DNA of 64,000 nucleotides from the human T2T-CHM13v2.0 reference genome, Homo sapiens. The translations under genes and the position numbers were made by a program. Location of the stretch: assembly GCF_009914755.1 (NCBI RefSeq), contig NC_060932.1. One strand, 5' to 3'. The notes beneath the pieces were generated by a model. The model made no database searches, was not told where the DNA came from, and worked only from the letters and a program-made list of their open reading frames with translations. Within the stretch, counting starts at the first letter, position 1. Each line of letters starts with the position of its first letter. Below are positions 13,240 to 26,899 of this stretch, in pieces.

Positions 13240-16200
13240 TACAAACACCGAAAAGAGCCCCTTGTGGTTACAAAAATCACATAGCTATGTTATGAGGACC
13301 AATAAAACTATTAGCTATTGGCCCAAAGCCAAGAATCCATTAATGACAGACTGGTATCTATCCAGGAATGTAAAATGTTTTACTAAATAAACACTAGTGC
13401 AGGAAACATTCAACTTCTGTCATTATGTAAAACTCAAGTGTGATTCTATGCTGAAGTGGAACAGCAAACAGGCCAGTTCAAAAAGAAAGAAAAGAAGAAG
13501 CAGCAGATCTCTGGTACCAGTAGGAACCAACAAGACTTAAAATATTCTACAGCGTAACTTACAGCACCTGGCTATAAGGCATAATACCATTGTTAGAGAA
13601 TGCCAATCGTAGCATTTAAAAACTAAATGAAAGAAGGAACTTGTTTAGAAGGAAGTGGAGTTAACCACCTGGGATAGTGGTTAGTAATTAAACTATAATG
13701 ACTGATTTTTACAGCTTTTCAAGGCTATACAAACAAAAGATTAAGGTTAATTGAAATATGAGATTGAAATAACGATTACTATTTTTTTCTTGAGGCTAAA
13801 TACAGCTTTCTCACATGTATTTACATATTTCTTCAGTGTAATAAAATCTTGTGAAAATTACCAATAAATATATAACAAATTCCTTGAAAGCATATAGTAT
13901 CCAATAATAAAGCAGCAGCACAGTGCCTCACTACTTCTAAAACTCAGGATTTTGTGTGTGTCCCATAACATTTAGGATTCTTCATGTGAAGTTTATCTGC
14001 CTTCATGTAGACCACAGGGAAGAATTTTCAATCTGATTATGCTTAAATCAGCATTAACTTTCACTAGTACGTAAAACTTTATCTAACTGAAGAATCAGTT
14101 AAGGAGATCTATGGGAGTTATACAAAATTAAGTGCCATTCAAATACTTTAAGACACATGAAGATAGCCCCAAACAAGTCATTTTGACTAAAACAATCACA
14201 TTTAACTAAAGAATCCACAGCTTGATATTTCCCCCTAACAATCACTTCCCATCTTCTGACATGACTCTTGTGTAACTTCTATACCTTCTGGATGTCTTTC
14301 ATCCATGGGGAACCAAAATAAATGTTTTTTTAAAAATGGCAAGACCTCAATTATCCTGTTAAAAGCAACACAGATTGAGAGTCAGTGATGAACTGGCTCA
14401 GACTTCTCCATTTGCAAGACAAGACCATTTTCAGGATATAGTTTTTCATCCCCAGCTGTCAGATGAAAGTTCAGTCATATATTGTATGACTCAAGAAAAA
14501 AAAATGTGAAGTTAGGTAGAGGCTTCAAACTTGAGAATATGAACAAGAATTAGAAAGCAATCTGGGCAGCAGCTATTGCTACAAGGCCATTAAGGAGCTA
14601 GGAATTTAAGGGGTAGCTCTTCAGAATGCCTGGGTCAAGTCAGTAAAGTAAGACCCTTGATCTTTCCAATATTGCTACCACCTGTAGATAACACAGAGGT
14701 GGGACAGTCTATGCAGGAGGATACCAACAAAGGTCTCCATAGCAACAGCGCTCACCCAAACCCTCTCCTAACACTACGGTGTTTCCAGTATAAAGTCTAG
14801 CTTTTGTAATTTTTTTACAACCCACAAAAGAAGTGATGCAGAAAAAGCCCACTTTTGAAATCTACTTACTAAAAATGTTTTTCTAGTAGAGTAATAATTG
14901 AGGATTGCCCTTTAATCCTGAAGGCCTAGAAGGTTAGAAGGCAGAAGAAATTCTGAATTAACAGAAAGTCTGAATGATAACATTTTTGAAATAAAAGATA
15001 TCTTCTTATTTCAAATACACAAACTGCTGATTAAATAAATAATCTATTTGAAATTGGAGGATCTCTGTAAATGTAAAGAACCATAATCAAAACCTCCATT
15101 ACCCTGGATCCTGCTCATGTTTTTGCTGCAATCTACCTTTAGAAGGATGAATCAACTCACAAGACCATAACTCTGCATCAACAAATATCATTTAAAACTT
15201 CCAGAGACTTGATACTCTAATTAATTCACATCTACTGACCTATGTTGAGCGGTTATTGTTGTCCAGAATGATATCCCTGAGGAATTAAAATATTCAGAAA
15301 TGAAATTTAATTACCTTATTAGCTGAAACAGAAAAAGAGAACATGTTTCTAAGGTGTTTAACCAAAAACAAAAACAACAAAAAACTTCATGGTACCAAAA
15401 AATTAAGTAACCCTGTCAAGATTTTACCATACAGTACTAACATTCTCAAAAGCAATTGTTCTCTCTAATCTGATTTACACTATTATTTACTTAGCAAACC
15501 CTCATTCCACAGCAAGGGCATATTTAAACCCAGTCCAGGATGAATTATCACAAAGACTAAATGAGGGAATGCTTAATTAATGGGCTTATGCCATATTTGG
15601 AAAACCCCATCCACAATCAGTTTTATGAAAAACCCTGCTACTTATTGCTGGTAACAATCATACCTGATTTTACCCCAGAGTCAAGAGAAACGTTTTACCA
15701 AGTCCTGTAACATCAGTGTGACAAGAATTAAAGAAAAGATATCTCCACAGTTGAATCTGTAAGAATTATTCTTCAAAAAAATAAACTCAGGAGGGGAGGA
15801 GATTTTTTTGACATGGTACAACAGTACAGAATTGACAGTAATTAGCAAAAGAGGAAAGATTAGACTGAGTCTGGAAAACCTCAGGACAAAAGTGTCCAAG
15901 ATTAGGAGTGGAAGCAGCTTTGCTATTTGAAACAACAAAAAGAAATAAAATAATGGCCTGCATATTGTAGATAAGGGTTGGTAACCCAAATGCGTAGAAT
16001 TTTTTACATTTTCTAACACCGTGATTTAATTATTGGATAAAAACAAAATGTGAGCTATTTAAGGATTTAAAATATATACCAAGAAGCCACTAAAATAACA
16101 TTATGTGAATGGATTGCTATATACAGGTTTTTTTTAATTATACAAATTAAAATATACATGAAAGATGTGTGCCAGTGCCATAAGAAAGCAACGTTTCAGG

Positions 16201-16404
16201 TCTTGGTATTGGTATGAATATGATGGGTGTGCATAAACACAGTAGCTACTGGCAACAGTATTCCACAAGCAGATAAATGCTAGAAGTAGGAAATGTGAAG
16301 GTGGAAAAGTGATAAAGTCCTTATGACTCTCTTAAATGGAGTTAAGACCTATTAGGTCAAACCCTGCTGGGTAAATAAACTGCTCCCTGGTGTAAATTAG
16401 AAAC

Positions 16405-16515
16405 TTTTGGAGGTGCATTAACATTTTCAGGCCCCTAAGGTACGTTTAGTAAATTACTATTCCAGTGAACTAAATGATACCCTAGGGGCCTGGAAGAGTT
16501 AATGCACCTTCAAAA
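16405..16515. repeat. Long imperfect inverted repeat (~47-bp arms, 18-nt loop)
   Basis: ttttggaggtgcattaacattttcaggcccctaaggtacgtttagt pairs with actaaatgataccctaggggcctggaagagttaatgcaccttcaaaa. Confidence 0.85.
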
Positions 16516-16594
16516 ATGAGCAATTTACTCTCTTCTCACCAGTAGGATATCATGCACCTGCACACCCTTGCCTACCCAGCTGATAAAATATATT

Positions 16595-17050
16595 TGTCCA
16601 TTCATTCATTCATTCATTCATTCACTCAACTATTGTTTCTTGAGCTCCAGCTCTGTGCTAGGCAATGTTCAAGGCATGGGAGTATAACTGTGAAAAGGAC
16701 AGGCAAGAGAAGGACAGACAGAACTCCACAGAGTTGACATTCTGGCGGGGAAAGCAAACACTATGGAAGTAAAGAAAGAAGATGCATCAGAAGTGATACA
16801 TGCATTGAAGAAAATAAAACAAAGGGATGTGCTAGAATGAGACTGGAGAGCCTACTCTGAAGTGGGTGTTAGAAGGTCTATCAGAAGCAGATGTGTAAGC
16901 CAAGGCCTGAGTGTGGAGAAGGAAACAGACGGGAACCTTTTTGGGGAGAAATTGTTACAAGCACCACGAACCTCAAATGCTAAGCGCAGGAAGAGACTTG
17001 AAGGAAGAAGAAGGTCTGGCTGCCTGGAGTGAGGGAGAGAGCGGGGTGAG
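16595..17050 (-). mobile_element. L2 3' fragment
   Basis: (cattcatt)n then tgagctccagctctgtgctaggcaatgttc. Confidence 0.7.
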
Positions 17051-17275
17051 ACTCCCCCCAGGGGGCCAGGAACTTCCAGCACTGTCAAGTTCACTCTTAC
17101 AAAAAAATTTGGTGAGAAAAAATGAAGAACGGGAGTAACTGTAATTTTTAAAATTGGAAAAAAGAAAAAACAAACACCTTTAAGATGCTCAGTGGTGGTT
17201 GTGAGGCGGGACATAGCAAGCTATGGGGGATCCTAGAGAAAAAGTGAGACGATCACTAACAGTTTGAACAGGTTC

Positions 17276-17708
17276 TGTAGGAATCAGCAATCTCCAGAGA
17301 GACAGAATCAAGAAGTTGTATGCAGAGACAGAGAGAGAGAGAGATTTAAAGGATTGGCTCATGAGATTATAGTGGCCGTGTGGGTCCCACATTTAATGGG
17401 GCAGGTGGGCAGACTGGAGACCCAGGGAAGAGCTGGTGTTGCAGTTCAGAGTTTGAAGGCTGCCTGCTGGCACAGTTCTTTCTTGCTGGTCGGGGGCAGG
17501 GTAAGAGGAGGTCAACCTTTGTGCTATTAAGGCCTTCAACTGATTGGATGAGGCCCACTACTTTACCATTTGCTTAACTTGATGGCTACCAATTTACATC
17601 CTAATCTCACCTAAAAAAACACCCTCACAGAAACACCCAGCATAACATTTGACAAACTATCTGGGCATCGTGGCCCAGTCAAGCAGACACATAAAATTAA
17701 CCATAACA
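17276..17708 (-). mobile_element. MLT2 (ERVL) solo LTR
   Basis: TG...CA termini, ttcaactgattggatgaggcccac, gacacataaaattaaccataaca. 5-bp TSD ggttc / agttc. Confidence 0.85.
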
Positions 17709-17939
17709 AGTTCACACGAGGAAATGAGAACAGATGGTCCATGTCAGGGGCATGGACCCACTCAGCATTTCCAGGGCCTAGAGCGCCCGCTTCTTGTCCT
17801 CACAGAACCCACACTAGGTTAGAGACTGAGGGTCCCAAGGCAATTCTGCAACCCTTCCAAGTCAGGGCTCCATGAAGCCTCCAGCCCACAGCTTCACAGC
17901 CTCCGCCATTCTCACGTGCATCTGACTTTGGAGTCGACC

Positions 17940-18150
17940 AGGCCTGGATGTGATTTTGGCTCCCTCTCAGAACAGCTATGTGGGCTTGAACAAGCAATTT
18001 AAACTCTTTGAGCCTTAGTGTTCTCATGTAAAAGGGGGTGATAAGAGCACTGCCCTCATGTGAGAGTTTTTTTAGTGACTATAAAATAACACAAATGGGG
18101 TGCTTGCACTGTGCCCAGCTCATAGTAAGCATCCAATAAATGCTACTTCT
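17940..18150 (+). mobile_element. MIR
   Basis: caagcaatttaaactctttgagccttagtgttctcatgtaaaaggggg core. Confidence 0.65.
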
Positions 18151-18163
18151 AACTGTTGGCTGA

Positions 18164-18490
<327 letters not shown>

Positions 18491-19993
18491 ATATCTGTTC
18501 TACTCCAACACCCCTGAATAATTGTTTGTGTGTGTGTCTGTGTGCACATGTGAGTGTGTGTGTTTACACACACATGCAGTCAGGGATATGTCCACAATAA
18601 TATTCCCCTGAGCAAGAAAGGAAACCACAATTTTCTCATTGAGACAAAATATTTCAACAACCAAGGAGAGAAGAAATTTATTTAGGGAACATATCCCAAG
18701 CCTCAGGGAGCAAAATGACTTTTATCACTTCCTCCTTCCCTGCCCTTCACCCCTCCTCCTCTGAATATTCTGAAAGGCCCCTTCTCTCTAAAGGTTTCAG
18801 GAAATTCTCACGTCCCAAACATTTGTTTTTACATCCAGGAAACTAGAGTTAAGCATAGCTAAACTGATTTTCTCAAGGGTACTAAGGAAATTGGCTGCAG
18901 AGAGTCTTTCTGATTCATCTATAGAAAGATTGGGAGGTAAAATCATAACATTTTCTAAATATTTCTAAATAATTAAAAAGAAATACTAAAAAACAATTCA
19001 ATCTTGCTGTTAAATATCCACATGAATCAGGTATTTTATAGGTAGCTTAATAATAAAACCCAATAATAACATACTTGTAAAATCAATATCTTGCTGCTAA
19101 AATACCACCAATAAACATGATGGGTTAACCGTCTCGGGGTTAACATGAGATATGTCTGAATAAAGATGAGGCCCTGGGTCTCTTCCCTCAGGTCACTTGC
19201 ATATTTTTCAGGAGCCAGTGCCTTAAAAGAGAGAATCTCTTTGAATGAAGAAAGTAAATGCACCATGCAAGTTGTGTCAAGCTGGGTCCGACAGAACACA
19301 TTACATGGTGCAGCCTCACAGCTGAAAGTGCCCACACACTGCAAGGCAAATCCCAGGCAGGTTTGGTCATAATTGCTTTGCGGAATATAAGGCAGCCTAG
19401 TTAGCTGTTCCACTTAATGGGATGGCTTTTTAAACAGGCCACCCCTATATAAAAGTGAGGGGAAGAACAATTACTCCCAAGAATTGGGTATTTAGCAATT
19501 GCCTATAGGTAGGGTCAATTGAAGAAAGCCAGTGGACAGCCAACTCATCACTGAGCATAGATAACCTGATAAGCTAAAAATGTGATTCTGGTCCAGTTCT
19601 TAAAAAAATAAAAGATTGATAACTAGAGTCACCCTGTACTAGTAGTCTTACAACTCACAAGCAGTTTGTTACGGTTGCTAGATAGGGAGAAAGAGGTTCT
19701 GAGATGCCAAACCAGAAATGATGCTTTGGGCTCCAGGTCTCAACTAATTCATTGGATTTGGTGTGATTGAATACTAAAGTCCAGTGGAGATACAATACAT
19801 GGACCAAAGATGTCAGACACGACATTTTCCAATTCTTTCCCATTCACGCTCACAATAAACCCCTAAAATAAAGATATGCGAAGGAGAGTGATACTCATTA
19901 GTTTACCCAAAGCCTCATGACTGCCAAATAATGGAATCAAACTCAAACCCCTTATTTTCCAACTTCAAAGTCAATACCCTTTACACTAAACTA

Positions 19994-20125
19994 CAGTAAG
20001 TCCTCGAGGTTGTCAATAGGTTCTTGGAAATTACAACTTTAAGCTCCTACTTCATGCAATAAATCATTTTGCTTAAAATCAAGGTTTCCAAGAACCTATT
20101 GGTGACATTAAGTGAGGGCTTACTG
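19994..20125. mobile_element. TcMar-Tigger MITE (MER82-like), internally deleted
   Basis: ta|cagtaagtcctc...gagggcttactg|ta with long inverted termini. Confidence 0.75.
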
Positions 20126-20145
20126 TACACTGCAAATTGCCATAC

Positions 20146-20454
<309 letters not shown>

Positions 20455-21379
20455 TGAAGGCCAGAATCATGTGCCAATATCTATGTGAAATAGATGTTTG
20501 TGTAAGTGCATCTTTATGTGTGTATTACCATAACCAGTCCAAGAGAAGTAGAGGTAAGCAACTACTCATGAAACATAAGTGGTGTTCATATTTAATCGAA
20601 ATTGTTTGGGAAATCTGCTTGGCCTTGATTTGCCTGGTCTCTGTTAACACCCCCATCTGCACCCCCAACATTTCTTCTCTGGGCTCTCTGTGCTGCTTGA
20701 TTGTTTTTTAATGAACACAAATTATTTTTATGGAAGAATAAAAGTATATAAACCACCACAACAAAATATAATGCTTAAATTAGCCAATCAAAAAATCTAT
20801 AAATGAGAATAATTATGATGAAAAGGGAAAAAAAGGAAATACCTAAACTCAGCACTCAGATACATCATAATCTAATGGTTCTCACCCTTTTCAATAACAG
20901 GGATTTGTATTATTCCCTGGCAACCGCCAAGCAAAGCAGTATTTTGCAACACTTTTTTTACCAATCTATCATTTCAAACCACTAATCTGAGATTTCAATC
21001 AGTACAATGTAACGATGATGTAAAATTCCAAGCCAATGCAAAAAAAAAAAGATATTTTAGTAAGCTGTCCAATCTTATTGTATATGTGTACAAATTTTTA
21101 CTAAGCTTTTTGAAACACTAAAAAAAGAAAACTGAAGAACGCTATTATTGTTTTAATGGATCCCCCCAGAGAACCTCAGAATAGAAGTAGTCAAACTGAA
21201 AGAATTGGCATTCATATGCATCTCAAAGTAATCAACAAGTGTTTATTAAATACTACTCAGTATATTTGCTCTCAAGGTCATGGAATTCACCTGAAGAAGA
21301 CATTAAAAAGAATATTTACAAACGGTGAGATATAATAATTAGCATACTTAGGGAACTGGTCAATATCACTATTAACCAA

Positions 21380-22320
21380 AATTTTTTAAACCACAAGATG
21401 TTGTTTTTTGCAAATGAAATGGCAGAGATATTTAAATATTATAATGCCCAGTTCTGGCATAGGTGCAAGTAAATAGATATTCTCATACAATTACTACTAA
21501 TGAGTGTTGAAAATGGTATAAACTTCCTAGAAGGCAATTTGGTAACAACAAGAAGCCTTAACACATGCATAATTTTTTATTCAAACATCTTGACATTTAA
21601 CGATTTATCTGAAGAAAATAATTGGAGCTAGATATGTGCACAAAGATGTATACAGGGATGATCCTCTTGGAATTATTACAATGGTGAAAAATAGGAAATA
21701 ATCTAAATCTCCAATAACTGGGGAGATGATTTAAAAAATTGTGGTATATAACAAAACATTATAATACATTATATAGAGTCATTTAAAGTCATGTTTTAAT
21801 GCTCCAGCCCATCCTCCCACTGTTGGTTTCTTTTTGTAGACATGGGGTCTTGCTATGTTGCCCAGGCTTGTCTCAAACTCCTGGCGTCAAGCAATTCTTC
21901 CGCCTCAGCCTCCACTTAATGGTTTTACTATCCCCATTACATCACAGCAACAGCAAGCTATTACTGAGTGAGTGTTTTGTGTCTAAGGCAGGTTTCAAAC
22001 ATTAATAATTGTGCAAATTAATGTTTTAGGAGAATATTTTATGATATTGGAAAACTTTCATATCATTCTTAAATCAAAAATGTGCATAATGATATATATT
22101 ATATGATTCCAATTTTGTAAGAAGCAAAATATAGGTGCATGTGATTCTGTGTGTGAGTAGATATGCACACTCAGAGAAAGAAAGACTGGGAAAAGTACAT
22201 TAGCATGTAAACAGTAGCTATCCTCAAGTAATGGGATTATTGGTGATTTTCACACTTTCCTGTACATTTTAAATTTTCTAAAATGAATATATGTTGCCCT
22301 TTTAACCATAGAAAAAATAT
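21380..22320 (+). mobile_element. L1ME-type fragment with an internal ~220-bp insert
   Basis: Decayed ORF2 end and 3'UTR (aaatggtataaacttcctagaaggcaatttgg...aaaattgtggtatata). Confidence 0.55.
21825..21912 (-). mobile_element. Alu/FLAM fragment
   Basis: gtagacatggggtcttgctatgttgcccagg...cctcagcctcc. Confidence 0.75.
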
Positions 22321-23245
22321 ATGTGATTTATAGACCAGTGAAATCCCTTCTTCAACTATAAAATGGTAAAGTCATTTGATGCTGAAATAATGTCTAAGTC
22401 TCACAATGAATTCCTATAGATGACTCATGATTACATTTCTACAAAACTTTTGGAAAGCAATTTGGTAATAATGTATCATTGGAAAGAAAATTGTTCTGGC
22501 CTTTTAACCAATAGCTCCGCTTCAGGAATTTTTTTAAACACTCATCCTAGATGCTCATGCTTTAAAATACATAGCAGTAATTATAATGGCAAAAAATAGA
22601 AATAATAAAAATGTTTAAAAATAAGGGATTGGTTAGGAAAATTATGGCATCAAATCAACGACATATTAAGCCAGTATTAAAAATGATTTTCATTAAGAAA
22701 TCTTGAAGATAGCAAAAAAATCAGGATATAAAACATATCTGTAAGAGTTCAGTTCACAAACCCAAGGGTAAAAAAAAAAAATTCTATAACAAGTTAATTT
22801 CCCTTTTGAGCTATGTTCCTTGGAGTGCTAGAAACTTTACTACAGAATCCAGAGTTTTTCCTTTCTCCTAGCTGCTCCTCAGTATCAGCAGGGCACTTGG
22901 GCTCCTGTGGAAAAGTCTACCCTCCAATCTGCCATAGCCCTCATTTTCAGCCAAGATCAACCTTCCATCTTGGATCATCTTGTTGCTTCTAAACCACAGT
23001 ATAAGACCCTCTGTGAGACTGGTTTAGGCTTCCTTTTCTGAACAAACCCAGGACCATTTTTTCTGTATGATCTTACCACTTCCCCAGGTCCCACCTGAAA
23101 GATGAGAACAGACTCCTTTGCTCTCAAATCTGATATTCTGTCTCCAGTTGTTGCCATTTTCCTGGTGATTAACCTGAAGAATAGAGCCTAATGTCTTCCT
23201 CTGGAACCTTCCAAATTTCCCCTGGGTCATCTTTTTCTTCTTCCC

Positions 23246-23248
<3 letters not shown>

Positions 23249-23310
<62 letters not shown>
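23249..23310. repeat. Compound microsatellite (GA)17(GT)14
   Basis: Read directly from the sequence. Confidence 0.95.
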
Positions 23311-24559
23311 TTATTGAGGAGTGGGTAAGAGCAAGGTCCTATACTTCTGAAATCCTGTCCTCACAATGCTGATCTATAATCTTCATATGCTTAAACACAT
23401 TGGCTTTCAAACCCCAAAGCCAAGGAATGGGTTTTGTTTTCTCTGCTCTCTGCTCAGTCACATTTCTCCAGAAGCAGAGAGCCCAGAATAGTCCAGCCGT
23501 TTGGGAAGTACTAGTAACCTAAGATACTAGGCCTGTAAAATTACTGATAATTAAAAAGGAGTTAAGCATAGAGGGAAAAATCCACTACAAATAAACTTGC
23601 TAAAATGTTAGTAATGGCTATGGTTTCTGGATAATGATTTTATGGGTGACTTTACTTTTTTATTTCTTCCCTCTTCCAAGTTTTTCTGAAAGCCTGAAAC
23701 TATGAGAGGTGAGATATGGAGCAGCTTCAGGAAAAAAAAGGGAAACAAAATAAAGGTACATGGAAAAAATACAATTGGGATGTTATTGAAAATATTCAAA
23801 ATATCAATGTGTAAATATTTTTGAAGTAGACTACGTCAAGGTAAAACATGCCATGCATTAAGAATGCCACTGAAATGACAATGTAAGAAAAACTTGTGGC
23901 TCAAAATACACAATTTGCATCTCTTAGGGCTTCATTTTACAAATAACACTGAGTTGCACAACACTGTTTCTTATGTCTGGTGGGCTTTGATAATTTCTTC
24001 AACATGAGTATTCAAAACACTTCTAGGCATTATGATAGGTCTGGTGATTAAAAAAGAATTTTGAGAAAATGACAAGCTTTGAATAGGGCTGAACAGAGAA
24101 TTTCTATGAAGAAGCAGATTTGAAAGTTAAGTTTATAATTGTGCTAGCACTGCTAGCCTATTAACTGTTCAAGCTCATGAAGTCACCAGGATGTACAGTT
24201 AACTTTTCTTTTCCTTGGCTTTGCTTATTGTATTGTCAGTTTTACAGCATTTGTAACATACTGTCTAATTACATGCTAGTCTAGATGAACTTCAAAGAAA
24301 GAATTTTTCTACTTTACTGAAGGTTTGGTCCCCACCTCCATTAAAATTAGGTATTCTGTTTCTGCTTGCTGAATAGGCACGTTCCTATGAGAAGTACTTA
24401 CTTTCAGTTTGCCACTGACTAGCTATGTGACTTTAGTAAATCCCATCTTCCTTCTAGGACTCAGCTTTTCCTTACCTTGAGAAGGTAGCCTCTCCTGCTC
24501 CATCTTGGAGTTTCTCTGTAGCCACTATGGACTCTGAATGGTACCTGCCTCTGTGTGTC

Positions 24560-25570
24560 TCAGTCTCCTGTTCTGATGCCTCCTTTTCTCTGGGCCTATT
24601 AATATTAGGTCATCCTAGGTGCGTTTTAGAGCCCCCTCCCTTCTCTCTCTACTCACTTTGAAGGTGACCGTCTTCAGATCCATGGCTTTTAATCTATATC
24701 ATTTGTGTACTAATAATTCCCCAAGTGACTTATGTATACTAATAATTCCCCAACCTCGCCCATGAATTCTAGACCCATATATCCACTGAAGTCCCTCTTG
24801 AATACGTGATTATCAACTGTGACTTAATATGCCTAAATCAAACACCTGCTCTTCTCCCCAAAACCTCTGGACTTGCTGCTCTGCACATTTCAGTTAACAG
24901 TAACTCCATTCTTTCCATTGCTCATGACAAAAGTCTTAGGGTCATTCTTGCTTTTTTCTTTCACACTTTACTTCCAATTCACCAAGAAATCCAATGGACT
25001 TTCTCTTCTAATTTTATCCAGAATCTGTTCAATTCTCAAGACTTCTACTCTTCTCACCTGAGTCCAAGTGATCATAATTTCTTTCATTTGGATTGAAGCA
25101 GCAGCCTCCGCTGGTCTTCCAACTTCCTTTCTTGCCCCCTACAGTCCTTTCTCAGCACAGCAAGTGGAGCGATCCCAAAGAAACATAAGTCAGTTAAAAT
25201 ATTGCTCTTTTCTACTCAAAGTCCTCCAGTGGTTTGGCCCTTACTCAGTATAAAAGCCAGATCCTTACAGTGGCATCCAAGGCCTAACACGATCTGCTGC
25301 TTCTCTAACCTGGCTCACCTGGCTGGATCCTCCCTGGCCTCCTGTCCCTCAAACACGCCAGGTCACTTTAAGACCTTTGCCCTAATTTTGCCCTCTTCCT
25401 AGAAAGCTCTTACTCCACATCTACATGGCTCAATCCTTCATCAATGTCAAGTCTTCGTTCAAATTTCACTGTCTCAAAGTGGCTTACCCTGCACAGCCAC
25501 TCCCTGCCCCTCAGCTACACTTTGTCTCCAGGGCACTCATCACCTTCTAACAAACTATTCTTATTTACTT
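24560..25570 (+). mobile_element. L2 LINE; its 3' end continues at 32811-32990
   Basis: Pyrimidine-rich L2 3' region (ctactcaaagtcctccagtgg...ctacatggctcaatccttc). Confidence 0.7.
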
Positions 25571-25574
25571 ATTT

Positions 25575-25980
<406 letters not shown>

Positions 25981-26261
25981 AAAGTCGAATTGTCGATGTT
26001 GAGCCAAGATGGCCGAATAGGAACAGCTCCGGTCTACAGCTCCCTGTGTGAGCGACGCAGAAGACGGTGATTTCTGCATTTCCATCTGAGGTACCGGGTT
26101 CATCTCACTAGGGAGTGCCAGACAGTGGGCGCAGGTCAGTGGGTGCACTCTCCGTGCGCGAGCCGAAGCAGGGCGAGGCATTGCATCGCTCAGGAAGTGC
26201 AAGGGGTCAGGGAGTTCCCTTTACGAGTCAAAGAAAAGGGTGATGGACGGCACCTGGAAAC

Positions 26262-26444
26262 TCAGGTCACTCCCACCCGAATACTGCGCTTTTCGGACGG
26301 GCTTAAAAAACGGCGCACCACGAGATTATATCCTGCACCTGGCTTGGAGGGTCCTTCACCCACAGAGTCTCGCTGATTGCTAGCACAGCAGTCTGAGATC
26401 AAACTGTAAGGCGGCAGCGAGGCTGGGGGAGGGGCGCCCACCAT
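26262..26444 (-). pseudogene. L1 antisense ORF0, truncated to 60 aa
   Basis: MVGAPPPASLPPYSLISDCCASNQRDSVG...IRVGVT* matches primate L1 ORF0 (normally 71 aa), with a premature TGA. Confidence 0.8.
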
Positions 26445-26899
26445 TGCCCAGGCTTGCTTAGGTAAACAAAGCAGCCTGGAAGCTCGAACTGGGTGGAGCC
26501 CACCACAGCTCAAGGAGGCCTGCCTGTCTCTGTAGACTCCACCTCTGGGGGCAGGGCACAGACAAACAAAAAGACAGCAGTAACCACTGCAGACTTAAAT
26601 GTCCCTGTCTGACAGCTTTGAAGAGAGCAGTGGTTCTCCCAGCACGCAGCTGGAGATCTGAGAACGGGCAGACTGCCTCCTCAAGTGGGTCCCTGACCCC
26701 TGACCCCCGAGCAGCCTAACTGGGAGGCACCCCCCAGCAGGGGCACACTGACACCTCACACGGCAGGGTATTCCAACAGACCTGCAGCTGAGGGTCCTGT
26801 CCGTTAGAAAGAAAACTAAGAAACAGAAAGGACATCCACACCAAAAACCCATCTGTACATCACCATCATCAAAGACCAAAAGTAGATAAAACCACAAAG

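Noticed and set aside
13065-13390. Lys/Arg/Glu-rich and Phe/Ser-rich ORFs, also the ERERER/SLSLSL ORFs at 53456-53781
   Set aside because: Translations of microsatellites.
24704-24753. Short local duplications, also 55963-55992 and 3374-3402
   Set aside because: Two-copy repeats of about 14-21 bp typical of slippage. They are not an array and not CRISPR-like.
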